The position numbers and the translations under genes were made by a program. The notes below the pieces were generated by a model. That model was not told where the DNA came from, did not search any database, and worked only from the letters and a program-made list of their open reading frames with translations. Of a stretch of 64,000 nucleotides of DNA, positions 58,052 through 64,000 are shown piece by piece. The stretch spans positions 57,080 to 121,079 of the forward strand of contig CANRCK010000004.1 of assembly GCA_947629095.1 (NCBI GenBank). The letters are read 5' to 3'. Each line of letters begins with the position of its first letter. Positions within the stretch are counted from its first letter, which is position 1. This DNA comes from an uncultured Clostridia bacterium. GTDB lineage: Bacteria > Bacillota > Clostridia > Christensenellales > Borkfalkiaceae.

Positions 58052-58486
58052 ATGTTGAGTTGCGCATTTTTCGGTCATCGGTCGTTTGAATATTCAAAAT
58101 ACAGGGAAAAAACCAAAGGCATTATTTCCGAGCTTATAACGAAGTTCGGCGTAACGACTTTTTACGACGGTTGCCGCGGGGATTTTGATTTATTTTGCGC
58201 AGAAATAGTAGGCGAACTGAAAGTTGAATTTCCGGAAATAAAGCTCATTTACATACTGTCATATATACCTCAAAATAAACTTCTGCTGCCAAAAATTTTT
58301 GATGAATCCATGTATCTGCTTGAAGAGAGCGTGCCGCCAAAGTACGCAATAAGCCGCACAAACAGAAAGCTGGTTGAACTTGCAGACTATATAATTTCGG
58401 GGACATACTGCACATTCGGCGGAGCCTATACGGCACAGAACTACGCAAAAAGATGCAATAAACGGGTGATAAACATTTTTAATTGA
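58052..58486 (+). CDS. SLOG-superfamily protein (DUF1273/YpsA/YoqJ-like)
   Basis: 144 aa. N-terminal CAFFGHRSFEY resembles the (F/T)GHR motif of DUF1273 as I remember it. Rossmann-like alternation of hydrophobic strands. AT-rich gene. Confidence 0.6.
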   Translation: MLSCAFFGHRSFEYSKYREKTKGIISELITKFGVTTFYDGCRGDFDLFCAEIVGELKVEFPEIKLIYILSYIPQNKLLLPKIFDESMYLLEESVPPKYAISRTNRKLVELADYIISGTYCTFGGAYTAQNYAKRCNKRVINIFN

Positions 58487-58626
58487 CGGTCATATTCATA
58501 TCCATATAAAAACGTTTATATATTTTCCTTCAACGTGCCGTAGGGAATCCCGTGCCTGTTTATCTCCGCACCGTAAAGATTCCGGCTATGGTCGTAGGGA
58601 CACAAAAAAATGAGATATGTATGATA

Positions 58627-58658
58627 AATCGGGCAGCGGATACGCTACCCGATTTTTA
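58627..58658 (+). terminator. intrinsic terminator downstream of the SLOG gene
   Basis: AATCGGGCAGCG-GATA-CGCTACCCGATT (one mismatch) followed by TTTTA. Confidence 0.65.
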
Positions 58659-58700
58659 TAAACAACGCGCAGTTGCATACAAGTTGCAAAGAAAATTTTT

Positions 58701-59107
58701 GACAATCCCCTCAGTCACCTGCGGTGACAGCTTTCTCACGCGGCGTGAGGTCAGCCAAGAGCACCCCTCCTGTCATTCTGAGGAGTTAGCCGAAGAATCT
58801 GTTGCAATAAAACTTTTACCGTTTCTAATTTCCCCGAGCAGACCACGATGTGATTCTTGCGTTCAATCGCCCGCTTTCAGCGGGTCATTTCGACTCAAAA
58901 TGACACGGCTTAATTGCATTACCCCCTCTCAGGCTCGCTTTGCTCGACAGCTTTCTATTCTTGCCAAGTGAGTGAGTATAATTACGGAGTTAGCAAGCGG
59001 TTAGAAACGAGCAAGACAAGGAGCGTGCGTAAGCGATGGCGGGAGCGTACAAAAAACGCAAAGGCAACAAAGCTATGCGAAGTTTATAATCCGCTTGAAA
59101 CGTGAGC
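58701..59107. repeat. composite repeat array A-B-A-C
   Basis: Family A at 58701-58760, family B at 58771-58905, decayed A at 58917-58968, family C (lacking the first internal repeat and the central hairpin) at 58981-59107. Same order and orientation as 9546-9981. Confidence 0.85.
58771..58905 (+). mobile_element. family-B 135-bp MITE-like element, second copy
   Basis: Same termini (TGTCATTCTGAG ... CTCAAAATGACA) and the same length as 9605-9739. Roughly four fifths identical by eye, with small compensating indels. Confidence 0.75.
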
Positions 59108-61936
59108 TTATTCTGTGCGGAGAGCCACGACGGGATCCTTTTTAGCCGCCGCAGAAGCAGGGATAAGCCCCGATATCAACGTTAATATAACGCTTATGCC
59201 TATCATTATAAGCGCCTGCCAGAACGGAAGCGCGGCTATGTTGGGCACGCCGAACAGCGAACCGAGAATCAAGTTGAGCACGAGCGACAGAAGATAGGTT
59301 ACGCCTATGCCGACTATGCCTGCCGCAAGACCTATTATAAACGTTTCGGCATTGAAAAGCCGCTTTATATCCTTTTTTCTTGCACCTACGGCGCGGAGTA
59401 TGCCTATTTCCTTTATGCGCTCGACTACCGAGACGTACGTTATGATGCCCACCATTACCGTTGAAACCACAAGCGAGAGGGCGGTGAACGCCACAAGGGC
59501 TATGGTGATTATCTGAATCATGGTGTTGACCATAAATATTATCAGTCCTACTGTGTCGGAATAAGTTATTTTTTGCGCTTCACCGAGGTTTGAAACGGTT
59601 ATCTCCTCGCCCGCGCCGTTTACATATGTGAGAACGCCCGTGCCGTTCTCCCTGCACGCGTTGTTCCATTCGTCGAGATATCGGGTGACCAGATCCTTTG
59701 CGTCGAAATCGAGGGGGTATATTCTGATTCCCGACGGGATATCGCTGCCGGCAAGCATTGCGGCAGTTACCGCGTAGGGACTTGACCTATCGCCCGAGGA
59801 GGATGAACTGCCGCCCATCATCATCGACATCATATTTCCCATATCTGAAATACATGTGCAGCTTTGGCGCTTTTGGTAAACTCCTTTTTCTATAAACGTA
59901 TATTCGAAATTATACGGCAGAAAAGATAGCTCCTCATTTGCGGTTTGTTTTACATACTTTACTATTTCGCTTGCCATACCGTCTGAAAGAGTATGCTCTG
60001 TGAGCGCCCTTGTGTAGTACAGCCCCGACGGTAGACAGCCGTAGGATATACCCTTCTTTTTTTGAAGAATGGCGCGCACGTTCAAATCGATTTTGCCTTC
60101 GTCGGAAAAATTTGAACCTTCTACATTATATGTATAAACCGGTCGCTCGGCAGGAAAAATCCCAAGCTTAAACCTTTCATCACTTTCCGTGGTGCGGAAT
60201 ACGGTGTTTGAAGGATACCACGTAAACTTTTTGGAATCTTCGCCTATGAATTTTTTGTAATCCATACCGTTTTCAAGCAGATCGTTGCTTAAATCTCCGT
60301 TGTACTGGCTGTTATCCGCAGCTTTGAAGGCAAGGTTTAAAAATTCTTCCTCGTTCAGATAGCCGAACTGCCCGAAGTTCAGGTCGGTGAACTCGTTGTC
60401 GTCCACCACCATTATTAGGCTCGATTTGTCGCCGAAAACAGAGCCAAGCTCCTCATCTGTAAGTTTTTCGGTTTTGCCGAGGTCGGTGGCGAGAATGTCG
60501 TACTGCGACAAAATATAGTTGTAGTTGTCGGGAAGCTCGGAAAACGACGTGACGGTGCTTATTATGCCGGAGTACTGCCCGTACTCGGGAACGTCGCCGA
60601 GGATAGCCGTGTACAGCGAACGGATGCCCGTTATGGAGTATTTGCCGCTCGTATCCGATTCGGGGTCGATTGCGCCGTCGGTCACCTTGAAGTCGGTGTA
60701 GATATAGTTTGACATATCGAAATTATAAGTGAACTGCAAGGCGTTATAGTAATCCGAGGGCATTGCCGCAACATAGTCGCGGTATTCGGCGGTGATATCG
60801 TTTGTGGTCATTGCGCCGCCGAAGTCCATCAATGTATCGAGAAGGGAATCGACGTACACCTTATCCTTGAGCTTTGTTATATCGGGCTTGGCGCCTGAAT
60901 TTTGCGCCGCGTCCATAAGAGAAGTGAAGTCGATAGTTTGCTCCGCAACGGAGAGAGGATAGCCCGAGAGCATATCGTTTTCCATACTTGCTATGTAGTT
61001 TTGGACGCCGGCGGAAATTGCAAGGACCATTGAAACGCCGATGATGCCTATGCTGCCCGCAAAGGAGACCATTGCCGTGCGCTTGCCCTTGGACATAAGA
61101 TTTTTAAGGGAGAGCATAAACGCCATTCCCATGGACATGGACGTCTTCTTTTTTCTGCCCTTGGATTTTTTGAGCTCTGCAACGCCGACGGGGGCGTCCG
61201 CCGTTTCAGCGGGCTGTTCATTTGAAGATTCCGCGGGCTGCTCACTTTCGGCATAGCCGTCGAAGGGCATAGTGTCGTCGGTGACTTCGCCGTCGAGAAG
61301 GCGGATTATGCGGGTGGAGTACTTTTCGGCAAGCTCGGGGTTGTGGGTGACCATAATCACGAGCCTATCCCTTGCAATCTCCTTTAAGAGTTCCATTATC
61401 TGGACGCTGGTCTTTGAATCGAGCGCTCCCGTTGGCTCGTCGGCAAGGACGATTTCGGGGTCGTTTATGAGGGCGCGGGCTATTGCAACCCTCTGCGCCT
61501 GACCGCCCGAGAGCTGGTTGGGCTTGTTCTTTAATTTATCGCCCAGACCCACTTTTTCGAGAGCTTCTATAGCGCGCTGTCTTCTCTCCTCCTTGCTGAC
61601 GCCCGAAATGGTGAGCGCAAGCTCCACGTTTTGCAGAATGGTCTGGTGGGGAATTAAGTGATAGCTTTGGAATATGAAGCCTATGGAGTGGTTGCGGTAG
61701 GTATCCCAGTCCCTGTCGTTATATTTTTTTGTGGACACGCCCTCTATCAAAAGGTCGCCGGAGGTGTATTTATCCAGCCCGCCTATTATGTTCAAAAGGG
61801 TGGTTTTTCCGCAGCCGGACGCGCCGAGTATGGAGACGAACTCGTTTTTGCGGAACTTTATGGAAATTCCGCGCAGGGCGTGAACGACCCCTCCCGCTAT
61901 GGGATAATCCTTTGTTATGTTGTTGAGTTCAAGCAT
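59108..61936 (-). CDS. fused ABC transporter: MacB/LolD-type ATPase plus FtsX-type permease with a large extracytoplasmic domain
   Basis: 942 aa. GASGCGKTT, LSGGQAQRVAIARAL, LADEPTGALD at the N-terminus. First TM segment near residue 290, a long soluble loop, then a C-terminal FtsX-like bundle of three TM helices. Confidence 0.9.
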   Translation of the reverse strand: MLELNNITKDYPIAGGVVHALRGISIKFRKNEFVSILGASGCGKTTLLNIIGGLDKYTSGDLLIEGVSTKKYNDRDWDTYRNHSIGFIFQSYHLIPHQTILQNVELALTISGVSKEERRQRAIEALEKVGLGDKLKNKPNQLSGGQAQRVAIARALINDPEIVLADEPTGALDSKTSVQIMELLKEIARDRLVIMVTHNPELAEKYSTRIIRLLDGEVTDDTMPFDGYAESEQPAESSNEQPAETADAPVGVAELKKSKGRKKKTSMSMGMAFMLSLKNLMSKGKRTAMVSFAGSIGIIGVSMVLAISAGVQNYIASMENDMLSGYPLSVAEQTIDFTSLMDAAQNSGAKPDITKLKDKVYVDSLLDTLMDFGGAMTTNDITAEYRDYVAAMPSDYYNALQFTYNFDMSNYIYTDFKVTDGAIDPESDTSGKYSITGIRSLYTAILGDVPEYGQYSGIISTVTSFSELPDNYNYILSQYDILATDLGKTEKLTDEELGSVFGDKSSLIMVVDDNEFTDLNFGQFGYLNEEEFLNLAFKAADNSQYNGDLSNDLLENGMDYKKFIGEDSKKFTWYPSNTVFRTTESDERFKLGIFPAERPVYTYNVEGSNFSDEGKIDLNVRAILQKKKGISYGCLPSGLYYTRALTEHTLSDGMASEIVKYVKQTANEELSFLPYNFEYTFIEKGVYQKRQSCTCISDMGNMMSMMMGGSSSSSGDRSSPYAVTAAMLAGSDIPSGIRIYPLDFDAKDLVTRYLDEWNNACRENGTGVLTYVNGAGEEITVSNLGEAQKITYSDTVGLIIFMVNTMIQIITIALVAFTALSLVVSTVMVGIITYVSVVERIKEIGILRAVGARKKDIKRLFNAETFIIGLAAGIVGIGVTYLLSLVLNLILGSLFGVPNIAALPFWQALIMIGISVILTLISGLIPASAAAKKDPVVALRTE

Positions 61937-61971
61937 ATATTCCTCCCGCCGCCGTTTTTAGGCGGCAATTA

Positions 61972-62724
61972 TCAGGACTCCTTTTTGCCTTCGGCTCCCG
62001 TTTGGAGTTTGGGGTTGGAGTAGTTCTTTTCGTAACTGCTTAAATGGTCGTTGAGGTTACCGTCCGACTTGAAGGGGAACACGAAGCTCGCTTTCTTTTT
62101 TTCGAGCGACTCCACCTTCTCCTTGACGGTCTCCTTTAATTTTTCAAAATGTACAACTATGTTGTGGCTCTTTGCAAATGTGCGTATTTTGGCGGATATA
62201 TTGAGGGAATGCCCCAAATCCACAAAGAACACGCCGAGGAAAAGACCGACTATAAATGAAAACTCTATGTGTTCCACAAACCATATTACCGCGTCGATGA
62301 CGTAGAGGCGTATTACAAAGTAGTAGAACGCCGAAACGAGCAACCAGAATAACGAGAACAGGGGGCAGATTATGCCCTGTATGTTGCCCCAGCGGTTGGA
62401 ATAGTCCCAAAGCTTGATTTTCATACCCTTTATGAAAATGAGCCCCGCTATATATTCTATTAACGTCATAGTTACGCCCATAATCAGTATTATTATCACG
62501 GCGTCGAGCCATGGATGACCGGTGTATATGGGCAGAAAGGAGAGCGCGAAAAGCCCGGCTATGCCAAAGCCGTAGAGCGGAAGATAAGGTCCCGTTAAAA
62601 AGCCGGGGTTTATCCATTTTTTTGCGGTGAAGAAACGGCGGAAAAGCACCTCAGTCACCCAGCCGAGCATGCTGCCCGTGATGAAAAGGAACGCCGCTAC
62701 GAGCAGCGCGGTTACCACGTTCAT
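61972..62724 (-). CDS. polytopic membrane protein, possibly of the 'putative ABC-transporter type IV' family (PF06541-like)
   Basis: Start taken at ATG 62724 (MNVVTALL; GAGG 7 nt upstream). WINPGFLTGPYLPLYGFG motif resembles that family as I remember it. Confidence 0.55.
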   Translation of the reverse strand: MNVVTALLVAAFLFITGSMLGWVTEVLFRRFFTAKKWINPGFLTGPYLPLYGFGIAGLFALSFLPIYTGHPWLDAVIIILIMGVTMTLIEYIAGLIFIKGMKIKLWDYSNRWGNIQGIICPLFSLFWLLVSAFYYFVIRLYVIDAVIWFVEHIEFSFIVGLFLGVFFVDLGHSLNISAKIRTFAKSHNIVVHFEKLKETVKEKVESLEKKKASFVFPFKSDGNLNDHLSSYEKNYSNPKLQTGAEGKKES

Positions 62725-62768
62725 TTGTATACCTCGCATTGTTTAAATTATAGTATATATATCGCTTG

Positions 62769-64000
62769 TTAAAGCCTTACGGCGGCGTTGAGACGCGCTA
62801 TGGAGCGCTCCTTGCCGAGTATGCCCATGATGGTGCACAGGTCGGGGGAGTTGGGGCTGCCCGTTACGGCTATGCGGAGAATTTCGGCGATATCCGAAAC
62901 GCTTCCGCCGTATGCCGCGGGATTTGCCTTGTAGTCGCCCATTTCCGCGGCGAAGCCGACTTGGGCGGCAATTGATTTTACCTTTGCAAACCAAGCGGAG
63001 TTGTCGTCCGAGGGGTCGTAGAGCGCGGCAAAGCCGAGAAGAACTTCGTTTACCGTTTTTTGGTCAAAACGGAAGGCGTACTGCGGTTTGAACGTATCGT
63101 CGAAGAAATAATCTATGAGCCTTACGCCCTGTTCGGCGCGCTCTATGTCCTTGCGGCGCTTTTTGCCGCCCGTGCCCATGACGAGGTTCAAAATTTTTAT
63201 GACGTAGCTTTCATCGGCAAAGTGAAGCTTGTCGGCTTCCGTGCCGAATTCATCAACCCAGCCCTTTAAAAATTTATAGCACTCCTCCGCGGAGAGTTGT
63301 GAAATGCGGGTGCGGGAGATATCGGAGAGCTTGTCGAGGTCGAACAGCGTTCCGCTGCGGCTCATTTTATCTATTCTGAATTTGAATTCACGCCAATCAG
63401 CCTGCGGGTTTTTGCGCTCCCACTCCTCGTAGTTGGAATTGAGTATGGTGAGAAGATAGCGCACTACCGCTTCGGGATAGTAGCCCGCGGAACGGTAGTA
63501 ATCGAGGGACAGCTCGGGGTCCTTGCGCTTTGAGAGCTTGCGGCGGGTTTCGCCTTCGGTTTTCATAAGCGAGGACGTGTGCGCATATACGGGCTGCTTA
63601 AAGCCCAGCACATTGAAAAGCTCTATGTGTATGGGCAGGCTGGAAAGCCACTCCTCGCCGCGTATTACAAGCGTGGTGCGCATAAAATGGTCGTCTATGG
63701 CGTGCGCAAAATGATAGGTGGGTATGCCGTCGGACTTGATTAAAACTACGTCCTGATCGTTTTCGGTTACGGTTATATCGCCCTTTATTGCGTCGTGGAA
63801 AGTGTGCTTTACGGAGGCGTCGCCACGGGATTTAAGGCGTATTACAAAGGGTTTGCCCGCGTCGAGGTTGGAATATATCTGTTCCTCCGTTAAATTGCGG
63901 CACTTGGCGTATTTGCCGTAGTAGCCCGTGATAAGCTTTTGGGCGTTCTGCTCCTTGCGCACCTCGTCCAGCTCCTCCTCCGTGCAAAAACAGGGATATG
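62769..64000 (-). CDS. gltX: glutamate--tRNA ligase, 3' part (N-terminus beyond the window end)
   Basis: SDGIPTYHFAHAIDDHFMRTTLVIRGEEW and KLSKRK (KMSKS-type) motifs. The frame stays open upstream of the track's Met 63962 to the window edge. Confidence 0.82.
   Translation of the reverse strand, partial: YPCFCTEEELDEVRKEQNAQKLITGYYGKYAKCRNLTEEQIYSNLDAGKPFVIRLKSRGDASVKHTFHDAIKGDITVTENDQDVVLIKSDGIPTYHFAHAIDDHFMRTTLVIRGEEWLSSLPIHIELFNVLGFKQPVYAHTSSLMKTEGETRRKLSKRKDPELSLDYYRSAGYYPEAVVRYLLTILNSNYEEWERKNPQADWREFKFRIDKMSRSGTLFDLDKLSDISRTRISQLSAEECYKFLKGWVDEFGTEADKLHFADESYVIKILNLVMGTGGKKRRKDIERAEQGVRLIDYFFDDTFKPQYAFRFDQKTVNEVLLGFAALYDPSDDNSAWFAKVKSIAAQVGFAAEMGDYKANPAAYGGSVSDIAEILRIAVTGSPNSPDLCTIMGILGKERSIARLNAAVRL

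Overview
This is a 64-kb chromosomal segment of a spore-forming Firmicute that looks Clostridia-like: it carries a gerA-type operon, spoIVFA/spoIVFB, spmA/spmB, veg and a SipL-like gene. I call about 50 protein genes, roughly 85 percent of them on the minus strand. Most are housekeeping: pgi (partial), pcrA-ligA, rpsU, tsaD, secA-prfB, ade, metG-tatD-rsmA, ispE, a NifS-like desulfurase, a PFK, rplM-rpsI, cysE-cysS followed by an unusually short alaS-like gene, and gltX (partial). Accessory content comprises:
- an ArsR / P-type ATPase / 10TM-exporter metal module;
- an orphan MalK-like ATPase with degenerate catalytic motifs;
- an AT-rich BspA-type LRR lipoprotein gene with a 426-nt perfect internal duplication and a terminator-containing leader;
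- a fused MacB-like ABC transporter;
- an AT-rich islet holding two tandem promoter / structured RNA / terminator modules directly in front of a SLOG (DUF1273-like) gene.
I saw no rRNA, tRNA, CRISPR array, transposase or integrase. Two non-coding signals stand out.
1. The tandem structured RNAs at 57.6-58.05 kb have stems that diverged almost completely in sequence yet still pair.
2. Three extragenic repeat families form a dense mosaic over at least nine intergenic loci. Family A is a double hairpin. Family B is a 135-bp element with terminal inverted repeats. Family C is a ~180-bp element whose gene-proximal end starts 0-1 nt after stop codons.
All calls rest on reading the sequence, the supplied ORF track and remembered family motifs. 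No database search, folding program or composition statistic was run, so family names and structures are hypotheses to verify.
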